A stretch of DNA of 64,000 bases from a virus. Shown one piece after another: positions 1 to 8,766 of this stretch. Each line of letters begins with the position of its first letter. The first letter of the stretch is position 1. The notes beneath the pieces were generated by a model. It made no database searches. It was not told the origin of the DNA and saw only the letters and a program-made list of their open reading frames with translations. The translations under genes were made by a program, and so were the position numbers. The stretch covers positions 1 through 64,000 of IMG/VR virus record IMGVR_UViG_3300024346_000041; one strand, written 5' to 3'.

Positions 1-93
1 TCAGACCTTGCTAAAGAGTTTGCGGCTAGGCGTAAGGCAATACAAGATGCTACTATGATTGAAGAATTACCTCCAATACCTCCGCCAATTTAA
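1..93 (+). CDS. 3' end of a CDS truncated by the window start
   Basis: Open frame from position 1 (SDLAKEFAARRKAIQ...PPIPPPI) to TAA at 91-93. Confidence 0.6.
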   Translation, partial: SDLAKEFAARRKAIQDATMIEELPPIPPPI

Positions 94-105
94 GAAAGTA
101 CAACT

Positions 106-750
106 ATGAACGAGGCTACAATAACCACTCCACTTTGCTCGATAATGCATAAATATGGAAGCGATAAAGGTCTGGGTTGGCACAACTATACTAAAGAATA
201 TTACAACCTATTTAACAATCGTAGGTTTGATGTTAAAGCTGTTTTTGAATTAGGTATAGGTAGTACAAACAGCTTCATACCTACAAACATGGGACCAAGA
301 GGAATTCCTGGAGCGTCACTAAAAGGATGGAGAGAATTCTTTCCGAACGCAATCATATACGGAGCTGACATTGATAAGAGCATACTAATACGTGAAGAAA
401 GAATAGAGAGTTACTACGTCGATCAAACTTCTGAGCTTTCTGTCATGAGCTTGTGGGAAAGCTCAGCTCTTAAAAGTTTAAAATTTGACATTATGGTAGA
501 TGACAGCTTACATAGAGCTGATCCTAATTTTAATTTTTTAATTAACTCTTACCATAAACTTAATGTCGGAGGAGTTTACATAATAGAAGACGTACTTGTT
601 AAAGAAGACAACATAAACGAGTACAGAAACAGGCTAGAAAGTTTATTAAAAAAGGTTAACTTTAAGTATGAAATATTAAAAATTGCACATCCAACTAACA
701 AAATAGACAACTGCATCGTAAAGTTGTCAAACTTTAACGTCATTAAATAG
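106..750 (+). CDS. Class I SAM-dependent methyltransferase (sugar O-methyltransferase-like)
   Basis: KYGSDK..WHNY, VFELGIG, GASLKGWREFFPNA, GADID, FDIMVDD..H and GGVYIIEDV motifs. Confidence 0.85.
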   Translation: MNEATITTPLCSIMHKYGSDKGLGWHNYTKEYYNLFNNRRFDVKAVFELGIGSTNSFIPTNMGPRGIPGASLKGWREFFPNAIIYGADIDKSILIREERIESYYVDQTSELSVMSLWESSALKSLKFDIMVDDSLHRADPNFNFLINSYHKLNVGGVYIIEDVLVKEDNINEYRNRLESLLKKVNFKYEILKIAHPTNKIDNCIVKLSNFNVIK

Positions 751-770
751 AACATTAACCTTTGGTAACC

Positions 771-799
771 TTGCCCATATTTAAACGTAAAGGTAGTAT
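771..799 (+). promoter_or_regulatory. Sigma70-like promoter
   Basis: TTGCCC-N17-TAGTAT upstream of the RBS and ATG at 820. Confidence 0.5.
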
Positions 800-819
800 G
801 TCGATTTTGGAAGGTTACT

Positions 820-2745
820 ATGTCTAAGCGAACTATAATCCTAAGGCACCACAGAGCTGCTGGCGACATCCTTGTAATGACAGCTGTGGTTAGGGATCTA
901 TATAAAGCATACTCTGACACCGTAGACATAGGCGTAGAGACCCCATTTCCAGAGATATGGGAAAACAACCCATACATTGTAAAGCTTAAAGATAGAAGGC
1001 TAGGAGCATCTGTATATAACTTAAGCTACGGAGATGGCATACGGAAAGCTGGTAGAGAGCCTATACACTTTATGCAAGCATTCTATGACGACTTTGAAAA
1101 AAGGTCTGGAATGAAGCTTAGCCTTACCGATCCAAAACCTGACCTACACTTATCCGAATCTGAGCTCAGCAAAAGAGCAGTTGAAGGCAGGTACTGGGTA
1201 GTGCTGTCAGGAGGTAAAGCAGACTTTACAACCAAGCACCCTAGATTCTTTGACATACAGGACTCTGTAGACGTACTAAGATCTATGGGTGTAAAGTTTG
1301 TACAAGTTGGAGCCAGCGGTGGAAAGCCAGCCAGCCTTCACAGAACCATAGAAGGAGCCATAGATCTTAGGGGTAAAACGTCGCTAAGAGATCTGATGTC
1401 TTTGATACACCATTCTGACGGAGTTATATGCACTATAACTATGGCTATGCATATGGCTGCAGCTCTGCAAAAGCCATGCGTAGTTCTAGCCGGAGGAAGA
1501 GAAGAGTGGTGGTGGGAAGGCTACGTAAGAGAAAACCCTGCTTTCAAAGGCCTTAACGTAAATGTTCCTCACAAGTATCTTCACACCATGGGCCTACTAG
1601 ACTGCTGCAGAGGACCTAGAGCTTGCTGGAAGAACAAAGTTCTAAAGTCTGAAGGAGACAAGTCTTACTGCAGCTATCCACACCTTGAGCCTGAAGGGCA
1701 GACTGTTCCATTGTGCCAGCACATGATAGGAGCCAGCAAAATAACAGAGGCTGTCCTTTACTACTATCTAACCGGAATATTACAACCATTACCAGATTGG
1801 AGTTTGAATAACATGTTACCGTCAGTTGATAAACCAACCAGCCTAGTGCTTCCAGATGGTAGAAAAGTAAAAGTAGAGGTAACAATCGACGATTATAACG
1901 ATGTTACTTCCAAAAGAAAGATTGAGCTTCCTGTACTAAAGCCAGCCAAAGTGCATGAGCCTTTAGTTGTAAACCTAGTGGAGACGTCTCCACTAGCTGC
2001 CTTAATGGATCACGAAGAGATAGGAGGGCAGTTTACGCTTTGCCTACTTATGTACGGCAAGTTCTTTGATATGCATAAAAGATGCCTTAGCGCGTTAGCT
2101 GGTGTTCCAAACACTAGGTTAGACTTAAGGGTCTACCTTAACGAAGCTTGTGCTGAAACCATAGCTATGGCTGAAGAGATGCATAAAAATAAGCAAATAT
2201 CTGTTCTGTACAGGTCTGACAGTAACAAGTTCAAATACCCTTGCATGAGAGAAATGCTACACGACAAAGATAACCCTATAACCAACAAGTGGATGATATG
2301 GTTTGACGACGATACTATGGCGGACGTGGATAACCACTGGCTTGATAAGTTATGCCAAGCTATAATAACCAGTGTAAAGTCAGATCCTAGAGTAGGAATG
2401 TTAGGTGCTAGATACTTCTTTAGCATGAGCCAGTCACATTTAAGCTGGATAAGATCTGGCTCTTGGTTCAAAGGTGTAAGCTTTAGAGATAAGGTTGGAA
2501 ACCCAGCCCCTAACGGATTTAAAGTGCACTTTGCATCTGGGTCGTGCTGGGCGTTAAAAAGAGAATGTATAAGCGAGTGCGATATACCTGACACTAGGCT
2601 TAGGCACAATGGCGGAGATGTGTGCATAGGAGAGCAGTTGTGGCAGAGTGGATGGCACCTTAAAAACTGGAATAATGATAAAAGAATAATCCTATGGTCA
2701 AGCGTGGCTAGACGCGGATACGCAGAAAGTATCTTTGGAATATGA
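820..2745 (+). CDS. Two-domain glycosyltransferase: GT9 (heptosyltransferase-like) + GT2/GT-A domain
   Basis: N-terminal GDILVMT, ENNPYI, DLRGKTSLRDL, MHMAAALQKPCVVL (GT9); C-terminal WFDDD DxD motif. Confidence 0.8.
   Translation: MSKRTIILRHHRAAGDILVMTAVVRDLYKAYSDTVDIGVETPFPEIWENNPYIVKLKDRRLGASVYNLSYGDGIRKAGREPIHFMQAFYDDFEKRSGMKLSLTDPKPDLHLSESELSKRAVEGRYWVVLSGGKADFTTKHPRFFDIQDSVDVLRSMGVKFVQVGASGGKPASLHRTIEGAIDLRGKTSLRDLMSLIHHSDGVICTITMAMHMAAALQKPCVVLAGGREEWWWEGYVRENPAFKGLNVNVPHKYLHTMGLLDCCRGPRACWKNKVLKSEGDKSYCSYPHLEPEGQTVPLCQHMIGASKITEAVLYYYLTGILQPLPDWSLNNMLPSVDKPTSLVLPDGRKVKVEVTIDDYNDVTSKRKIELPVLKPAKVHEPLVVNLVETSPLAALMDHEEIGGQFTLCLLMYGKFFDMHKRCLSALAGVPNTRLDLRVYLNEACAETIAMAEEMHKNKQISVLYRSDSNKFKYPCMREMLHDKDNPITNKWMIWFDDDTMADVDNHWLDKLCQAIITSVKSDPRVGMLGARYFFSMSQSHLSWIRSGSWFKGVSFRDKVGNPAPNGFKVHFASGSCWALKRECISECDIPDTRLRHNGGDVCIGEQLWQSGWHLKNWNNDKRIILWSSVARRGYAESIFGI
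1975..1996. repeat. Dispersed palindrome copy 1: CTAGTGGAGACGTCTCCACTAG (22 bp)
   Basis: Perfect palindrome inside the GT9-GT2 gene, read as LVETSPL. Confidence 0.95.
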
Positions 2746-2788
2746 TCGCAAGTTAAGGTACACTGTATATAGCCTGGAGGGCATAAGC

Positions 2789-3244
2789 ATGAGTAATTCT
2801 TCTAGTTCGTTTAGTTCTTCTGATACGCCATCGGACAAGCATGGTATCAAGCTAAAGCGCTACATTCAAACTAAGTACGTCATAAACAACATTGATGGAT
2901 TTAGAATGAAGGTAGAAGCCTTAGACGCTAACGGTATGAGCAACTCTATATTCCGGTACTTGCGTGGACCCCTAAGCGCATCTACAGGGCTATACCAAGA
3001 CGATTTCGATGGTATATGTTCTCCGTCTGATTTAGAAGAGTTCTATGAAAATGCTCCAGAGCCAGGGGCTAACCCATCGTGGTTTAGGAAAAGTTACGTA
3101 GACTTAGTATTCAGGTCACAGGCCACGGCTAACGAGGCCTGGGAGATGATGCTAAGCGATGTTAGGATTCTTGTAAAGACGTTAGACACAATGGAAGCTA
3201 TACAGCCAGAGATGACAGTGTCCATAGGCGACCCATTAAACTAA
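2789..3244 (+). CDS. Hypothetical protein
   Basis: ORF 2735..3244; GGAGG RBS before ATG 2789. Confidence 0.7.
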   Translation: MSNSSSSFSSSDTPSDKHGIKLKRYIQTKYVINNIDGFRMKVEALDANGMSNSIFRYLRGPLSASTGLYQDDFDGICSPSDLEEFYENAPEPGANPSWFRKSYVDLVFRSQATANEAWEMMLSDVRILVKTLDTMEAIQPEMTVSIGDPLN

Positions 3245-3254
3245 GGAGACTATT

Positions 3255-3581
3255 ATGTCAGAAATTAAAAGCAAGCTAGTTATTATAGACGACGGAATGG
3301 TTATTAACATCCTTAACGACCCTAAGGTTTCAAGCCAAATACAAGCCGTAAAGATAGCTGTTGATAATGCTAGAGCCAGAGTTGGAAACGCTAGAAAAGG
3401 CGGTTGTAGGCCTTGCCAAGCCAAAGCACGTAATATAGCTGTAAACTTAATGTCAGTAAAGAAAGCCATAGCCCAGCTATCAGATGCTGATAAAGCAAAG
3501 CTCAAGAATATAATGAACGCCGAGCAGGCGAGGATAGTGTATACCAACGATTCAGGTAAGATTATACAGCTTACCTTCTAG
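3255..3581 (+). CDS. Hypothetical protein (CxxC)
   Basis: AAGGAG RBS; GGCRPC motif. Confidence 0.7.
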   Translation: MSEIKSKLVIIDDGMVINILNDPKVSSQIQAVKIAVDNARARVGNARKGGCRPCQAKARNIAVNLMSVKKAIAQLSDADKAKLKNIMNAEQARIVYTNDSGKIIQLTF

Positions 3582-3616
3582 CTAAATTGAAGCCCTTTTT
3601 GCGTCATAATATAGTG
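3579..3616 (+). promoter_or_regulatory. Bipartite promoter-like motif TAGCTAAAT-N12-TGCGTCATAATATAGTG, copy 1
   Basis: Same two blocks with the same 12-nt spacing at 63185-63222; both lie at gene ends upstream of + strand genes. Confidence 0.65.
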
Positions 3617-3639
3617 TATGGCTATAGCTATCAAATATA

Positions 3640-3683
3640 AGACCCGTAACGTCTAGACCTCACCGTCTAAACGTTACGGGTCT
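3640..3683. terminator. 19-bp stem hairpin (terminator or leader structure)
   Basis: AGACCCGTAACGTCTAGAC-CTCACC-GTCTAAACGTTACGGGTCT; the single mismatch is G-U on the - strand. Confidence 0.55.
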
Positions 3684-3776
3684 GATGTAAATTTTTAGCT
3701 ATTGGGTTTGCTAACTAGCAATAAGGTCAGTACCATAGACGCACGATCGGTACAAATAAACAGAAAGGATAATGAG

Positions 3777-4052
3777 ATGATTAAGGCTATAGCGTCTAAG
3801 TCTGAGAAGGTCGGCCAAAAGGCCAATGTTACGATTGAAGCTACCTCGCTTGAGGAAGCACAATCCAAGGCTTCAAGAGAAGCCGCTATTGAGTTCGGTT
3901 CCCAAAAGTTAGGAATGAACCGTCCAGGAATCTCCGGATCACCATGGATGGAGTGGGTTGACTCTAGTGGTAAATCTTTAAGCCACAAGGAGTTTGAAGC
4001 TGCAAAAGAAAAGTCGGTACATATTTCGTGGCCGCTACAGGAAGGGTTATAA
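3777..4052 (+). CDS. Hypothetical protein
   Basis: ORF 3702..4052; AAAGGA upstream of ATG 3777. Confidence 0.65.
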   Translation: MIKAIASKSEKVGQKANVTIEATSLEEAQSKASREAAIEFGSQKLGMNRPGISGSPWMEWVDSSGKSLSHKEFEAAKEKSVHISWPLQEGL

Positions 4053-4768
4053 TGGAACAAGGCAGTAGTCAGGTAAAGCCGTATGAAAGCAGGGATAATT
4101 CAAAAGCCGTATGGCTTAATGGTGAGTCCTACGCCACAGTCCTTCTTATATGCTTCATAGACGCCTACGGCACTGAAGGCTTAGAGTGGGATCCTATGAC
4201 CATAAGGCAAGAGATAGAAGAAGACTTTGGAGTAAAAGTTCCTAACAAAGTTTTTAACCGTCTTATGTCGGCTATAAACATAGCAACTACTGACCAGTTC
4301 TACACGTCTTTACCTGAGTTCATAGACCTTTGCAACATCTTATCAGGAGACATACTAGATCCAAGGTGGTTCGACCCTGCAGACCCTTCGGAGTGTGCTT
4401 GGGGAATAACCGAAGCTCTAATGATATCTCCGCCAGACGATGGAGACGAGAATCCATTCTCTAGCGATATAGTAGGATACATAGCTGAAGTTGTAAAATC
4501 TCACGGAATACACAACCCTCCTGACGTTTTAAAAATAGGTTTAGGAGCTGATGCTGATAAGATAGCAGAAAACGTAGCGCAAACGTTCTCAGACGACCCT
4601 GAGATGTACTCTGCCATATGGAAAGTACAACAAGAGAAATCAGACGACATCAAGACTTATGTTAAAGAAAACCTTAGAAGTCTTATAAGTCAGATAGATG
4701 GTTTAAAACTGGCTAACGGAAATACAGCCGGAGTTATAAAGAAATTAGCAGGGGATAAGCTAAAGTGA
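4052..4768 (+). CDS. Hypothetical protein (acidic)
   Basis: ORF 4028..4768; ATG 4052 overlaps the upstream TAA. Confidence 0.7.
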   Translation: MEQGSSQVKPYESRDNSKAVWLNGESYATVLLICFIDAYGTEGLEWDPMTIRQEIEEDFGVKVPNKVFNRLMSAINIATTDQFYTSLPEFIDLCNILSGDILDPRWFDPADPSECAWGITEALMISPPDDGDENPFSSDIVGYIAEVVKSHGIHNPPDVLKIGLGADADKIAENVAQTFSDDPEMYSAIWKVQQEKSDDIKTYVKENLRSLISQIDGLKLANGNTAGVIKKLAGDKLK

Positions 4769-5571
4769 TGAAGCTGAAGTTTGGAAGAACTATTCCTTTA
4801 AATTCAGAAGTACTAGAGCTTAATACAGATGAAGCTTATAAGCACTTAGCTATAAGAGATACCTACAGCTTGTACGAGCTAGTAGACGTTTCAAAGCTTC
4901 ACAAAGCTTACTATGAGTTTGATATGTACTTCAATAGTACCAGCGTATTTTCTAAAGCTTACGATCTGTTTAAAGAAGAAGTAGTACCATTTGTTGCGTC
5001 TCTAATAAGCGAAAAGCGTACAACTGAAACATACATAGCAGACGCCAGTGGAGCTACAAATCTTGGAAGATGCAAATATAAGATTTCGTTTCACTTCCGG
5101 TGCCCTAATGATTTAATAGACCACAGGGCTAATTACAACGTTGGCGCTATGTTAGACCCTATTATACAGGGTGAGTTTATGGAAGAGCTTAATGAGCTTA
5201 CTATGCAATTCACCGACAGTGAACGAGCACTGTTTGACAAAGCTTTAGTAGCTACTAACGGATCGTTTAATCCTACTTTTTACCTTAATAAAAATTTTAA
5301 TGAGATAGGTATTAATAGTAAATCAGAAAAAGACATAATTAATCATTTCAATAGTAAAGGCCACAACTCTGGATCAATGTATTCAGTAGTTAACTTTATT
5401 AACACTAACATATACAAAATGAACAGGGCCTATTCTATAGGTTACTTTCATCCAGATAACCTTCCAGCGGTTAGGTTAGTAGGCAGTAAAAAAGCTGGAG
5501 AAAGAGAACTGAAGCCGTTCAAAGACGCTTCGTTCGACATAAACAACTACTTGGTAACCAACGTAGTTTGA
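4765..5571 (+). CDS. AEP/PrimPol-like primase domain protein (possibly degenerate)
   Basis: LYELV..KAYYEFD (motif I), KISFH (motif II), INTNIY..NR..VRLVGSKK (motif III region). Confidence 0.5.
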   Translation: MMKLKFGRTIPLNSEVLELNTDEAYKHLAIRDTYSLYELVDVSKLHKAYYEFDMYFNSTSVFSKAYDLFKEEVVPFVASLISEKRTTETYIADASGATNLGRCKYKISFHFRCPNDLIDHRANYNVGAMLDPIIQGEFMEELNELTMQFTDSERALFDKALVATNGSFNPTFYLNKNFNEIGINSKSEKDIINHFNSKGHNSGSMYSVVNFINTNIYKMNRAYSIGYFHPDNLPAVRLVGSKKAGERELKPFKDASFDINNYLVTNVV

Positions 5572-5661
5572 TAGACACGTCGCTATAAGAAATACATTAG
5601 ACATAGAGTCGCCAGACGGTGATGTAGCTTTGTATTTTTACACCTAAATAAAGGAGAAGAA

Positions 5662-6285
5662 ATGAGCAACGTATCAGAAGCGATATCTGAAGCCGTGCGC
5701 AGGCGCGGTGAAGACGCTGAAGCAAACGCACTACTTGAAGTGCGTGTAGGGTTTGCTAAAGACAAGCTTATACCTAAGTCAATCCGTTGGGCAAAAGAGA
5801 CTGCAGATGCTCTGCACCCTTTACCAACAAAAATTCATAGAGCTATAAGTTTAGATCTTTTTGAAATGACAGGAGGCTTTCAAAAAGAAGTTAATCTAGG
5901 CGGAATTACAGTACACCCTGTGGTAGGGCGTAAAGAAATAAATTTTAGTATATTTGGTGCATACGACCCACTTAACGGTATTCTGAGCTATATAATTATT
6001 ATGAGTCCTTTAATTCCATTGAAGGACAGTATCTTTAAAACAATAGAAAATACTACGTCTAAACCAGCTCCTGTTCTAAAGGTAGACGGAGAATCAAAAT
6101 GTTACGATTACTCTTTTCAAATAACAACAACGAAGTGCGGTGAAGTTAGAGCAATTAAAGTTGAATGGCCCCACATCAACACTGAGAGGTATGCCGAATA
6201 CCTACATAATATGTGGATGTATGTTTCTGACTTAGTATTTGCTCTAGCAGGACCTAACAACTATGAAGGAGAAAACCATGGATAA
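5662..6285 (+). CDS. Hypothetical protein
   Basis: AAGGAG RBS; 207-aa ORF. Confidence 0.7.
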   Translation: MSNVSEAISEAVRRRGEDAEANALLEVRVGFAKDKLIPKSIRWAKETADALHPLPTKIHRAISLDLFEMTGGFQKEVNLGGITVHPVVGRKEINFSIFGAYDPLNGILSYIIIMSPLIPLKDSIFKTIENTTSKPAPVLKVDGESKCYDYSFQITTTKCGEVRAIKVEWPHINTERYAEYLHNMWMYVSDLVFALAGPNNYEGENHG

Positions 6286-7147
6286 CGATTATGAACGAGA
6301 AGAGGTAGTTGCAAAATTAATTGCTATTATAGACGACGCTGTAAAAAATTTAAGAAAGAAGGGCGTTTCTACGCCAGAGCTTATAGTAATGCTCCATAAT
6401 TCTGAGAGCGACATATACGCTAAGATGGAGTCAATGAAGTCAGATATAAAAAAATACAAGATAGAACCAGAAGAAATCTTTTCAGGATTTCTTAAAGCAG
6501 ACGCAGCTGCAGCTAAAGAGCTAAAGACTTGTGTAAAAACTATCGTTGTTACAAATGACGACATAACGTCCATTGTAGATGGAGAAGAGGTAAAAACATC
6601 AATAAACTCTATCTTTGCTAAAAGAAAGAGTCTTCGTATATGGACTCGAGCATTCTTCAGGTCTCAGGTGTTTCCTGAGTACAAAGGTTTAAGTCGTAGA
6701 AAAGGCGGTAGGCCTGATTCAGTATTGGTAGAGTTTACGTGCAAAGACGACGTAGCTACCGTTAAGACTACATGCATACAGCTTGACGATAATAATCCTC
6801 AAGTAAGTGAGATGGATAGGTTTGTAAAAAAAGGAGTTGATGCGTCAGCTTCAGCTGTAGAGATACGTAAGTTGGAAATTGCCAACTTAGTTGCATGCAC
6901 TTTATTCATTCACGGAGACATATATGAAGTAAGCTACTTCAGGGTGTCAAAGAAAGGAAAAATAGCAGAAGAGCCTAAAGCTTCTTTTAGAAACAAAACT
7001 GCACATGATAGATGGGTTAAAAGGTTACTAGAGAAAACTGCTAAAGAACAAGGTATAGACCTTGATAAAGATATTGAAAAGGAAGATAAGCCTTTGACTG
7101 CTCATAAGGTAAAACCAGTCAATCGTATTAACTTTTCTAGTAATTAA
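6278..7147 (+). CDS. Hypothetical protein
   Basis: ORF 6263..7147; AAGGAG before ATG 6278. Confidence 0.7.
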   Translation: MDNDYEREEVVAKLIAIIDDAVKNLRKKGVSTPELIVMLHNSESDIYAKMESMKSDIKKYKIEPEEIFSGFLKADAAAAKELKTCVKTIVVTNDDITSIVDGEEVKTSINSIFAKRKSLRIWTRAFFRSQVFPEYKGLSRRKGGRPDSVLVEFTCKDDVATVKTTCIQLDDNNPQVSEMDRFVKKGVDASASAVEIRKLEIANLVACTLFIHGDIYEVSYFRVSKKGKIAEEPKASFRNKTAHDRWVKRLLEKTAKEQGIDLDKDIEKEDKPLTAHKVKPVNRINFSSN

Positions 7148-7159
7148 TAAGGAGCCAAA

Positions 7160-7354
7160 ATGGGAGCTCCTAGAGAGTACCTAGAAGCTAAGTACGGAAT
7201 AAAAAACGTACTTAGCTTAGAGGAGTTAGAAAAAAGATTCACTATAGAAATGCAAACTAACGAGTCAGCAGTTCTTAAAAATCGAAATGGTAAGATAGTA
7301 TCCTGCTCTAGGCAACTAGACCCTCCCCTTTACTACAATTTTAATAAGTATTAA
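7160..7354 (+). CDS. Hypothetical protein
   Basis: AAGGAG RBS; fills an operon slot. Confidence 0.65.
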   Translation: MGAPREYLEAKYGIKNVLSLEELEKRFTIEMQTNESAVLKNRNGKIVSCSRQLDPPLYYNFNKY

Positions 7355-7365
7355 AAGGAGGTGTT

Positions 7366-7710
7366 ATGTTAAGCACGGAGCAAGTACTTCAATTCAATAA
7401 TAAGGCTATAAAGAATAGGTTCGTAAAGACGTTAAGTGCTCTACAATTAAAAAATATAAAAAGTATACCAGCTAAGTTACTAGGTTCAGTTAGCTGGGAT
7501 ATAACTAAAGCTATACCTTGCAGTACTATCAACAAGAAAGTTGTAGATAGGTACTTTCGGCTATTGATAGAGCCTCATATTGACAAGAGTTTACTATCAA
7601 AAAAGGAGGCCGCTACGTTAGCGTGCCTTCCATCCTTTGCCATAGATGTGGTAGAGGAAGATTATGTTGATCTGTTTGGCCAATTCGATGAGGAGAATTA
7701 TTGTGATTAA
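7366..7710 (+). CDS. Hypothetical protein
   Basis: AAGGAGG RBS. Confidence 0.65.
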   Translation: MLSTEQVLQFNNKAIKNRFVKTLSALQLKNIKSIPAKLLGSVSWDITKAIPCSTINKKVVDRYFRLLIEPHIDKSLLSKKEAATLACLPSFAIDVVEEDYVDLFGQFDEENYCD

Positions 7711-8707
7711 TCAACCAAAGCAAGCTGGTAAGAGTGTGGACGAAATGGGTTTCAATGGTTTAAGGAGTAGTGTAGATATGAGCGCAAGATCAGAAGAGAC
7801 GTCTTTTAGTTATAGAACTGGTACATTTGTACCTGAGTTAGATTCGACATATGTTATGCCAAAAGATACGAAAGAACTTTTCGAGGTTCTTCAGGAAGAG
7901 CGTAAGTCTGAAAGTCAGAACGTTATTTTGGTAGGTCCAACAGGTTGTGGTAAAACAGAATTTGCAAAGCAGTTCGCTGCTATGCACAAACTTCCACTGT
8001 TGAAAATGGATTGTGCTAATGTGACCGAGGCTCAACAGTGGTTCGGCCACTTTGACCTCAAGGGTGGTAATATGAGCTGGCAGGAATCTCCCTTTGACAG
8101 GGTTGTATCTGCTGGGAATCACGTCATATTGTTAGACGAGATCAACAGGGCGGCACCCGAGGTGCTGAACGTGTTGTTACCGTTGCTCGATACCAATCGA
8201 TCTACCTTTATTCAGGACCGCAAACCATCACCAATACTTAGGGACGGCGGTGGCTTGGTTTGGTTCGCAACTATGAACGAAGGTGCCGCTTACACCGGTA
8301 CAATCAAGTTAGACAGAGCGCTACGTGCTCGCTTCTCAGACGTGGTCGAGCTCACTTACCTCTCCAAGGTAGACGAGATCGAGCTACTAGTTAAAAGGAC
8401 TGCTATCAGCGTAGACAATGCGACCAAGCTGGTTGACATCGCCGATACCATTCGCCGTAAGGCAAAAGGTATCGACAGTGTCTTCACCCATACTGTGTCA
8501 ACTCGCGAGCTGTTAAATGCAGCTAAGAAGTTTACACGTGGTGGCGTGAAGACTCTAAGGTTTTCGCTAATCAATCACTTTAGCGCAGGCACTGGTGCCG
8601 ATAGCGAACGTGCCCAAGTGTTAGAAATGCTCAAAGGCAAGTTTGGCTCTATCGATGGCGATACGGCTAAAGCTACTACAGCTAGCGATCTTGTGTCAAG
8701 CTTCTAA
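7703..8707 (+). CDS. MoxR/CbbQ/CobS-like AAA+ ATPase
   Basis: Walker A GPTGCGKT, Walker B ILLDEINRA, ATMN sensor, LDRALRARF; GAGGAG before GTG 7703 (ORF extends to 7664). Confidence 0.9.
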   Translation: MINQPKQAGKSVDEMGFNGLRSSVDMSARSEETSFSYRTGTFVPELDSTYVMPKDTKELFEVLQEERKSESQNVILVGPTGCGKTEFAKQFAAMHKLPLLKMDCANVTEAQQWFGHFDLKGGNMSWQESPFDRVVSAGNHVILLDEINRAAPEVLNVLLPLLDTNRSTFIQDRKPSPILRDGGGLVWFATMNEGAAYTGTIKLDRALRARFSDVVELTYLSKVDEIELLVKRTAISVDNATKLVDIADTIRRKAKGIDSVFTHTVSTRELLNAAKKFTRGGVKTLRFSLINHFSAGTGADSERAQVLEMLKGKFGSIDGDTAKATTASDLVSSF

Positions 8708-8727
8708 CCCTAGGTTTTAATTAAGGC

Positions 8728-8753
8728 AGGACGGCGGTTTATATCGCCGTCCT
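8728..8753 (+). terminator. Intergenic GC-rich hairpin
   Basis: AGGACGGCGGT-TTAT-ATCGCCGTCCT between the AAA and VWA genes. Confidence 0.45.
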
Positions 8754-8766
8754 TGGAGGTATCATC

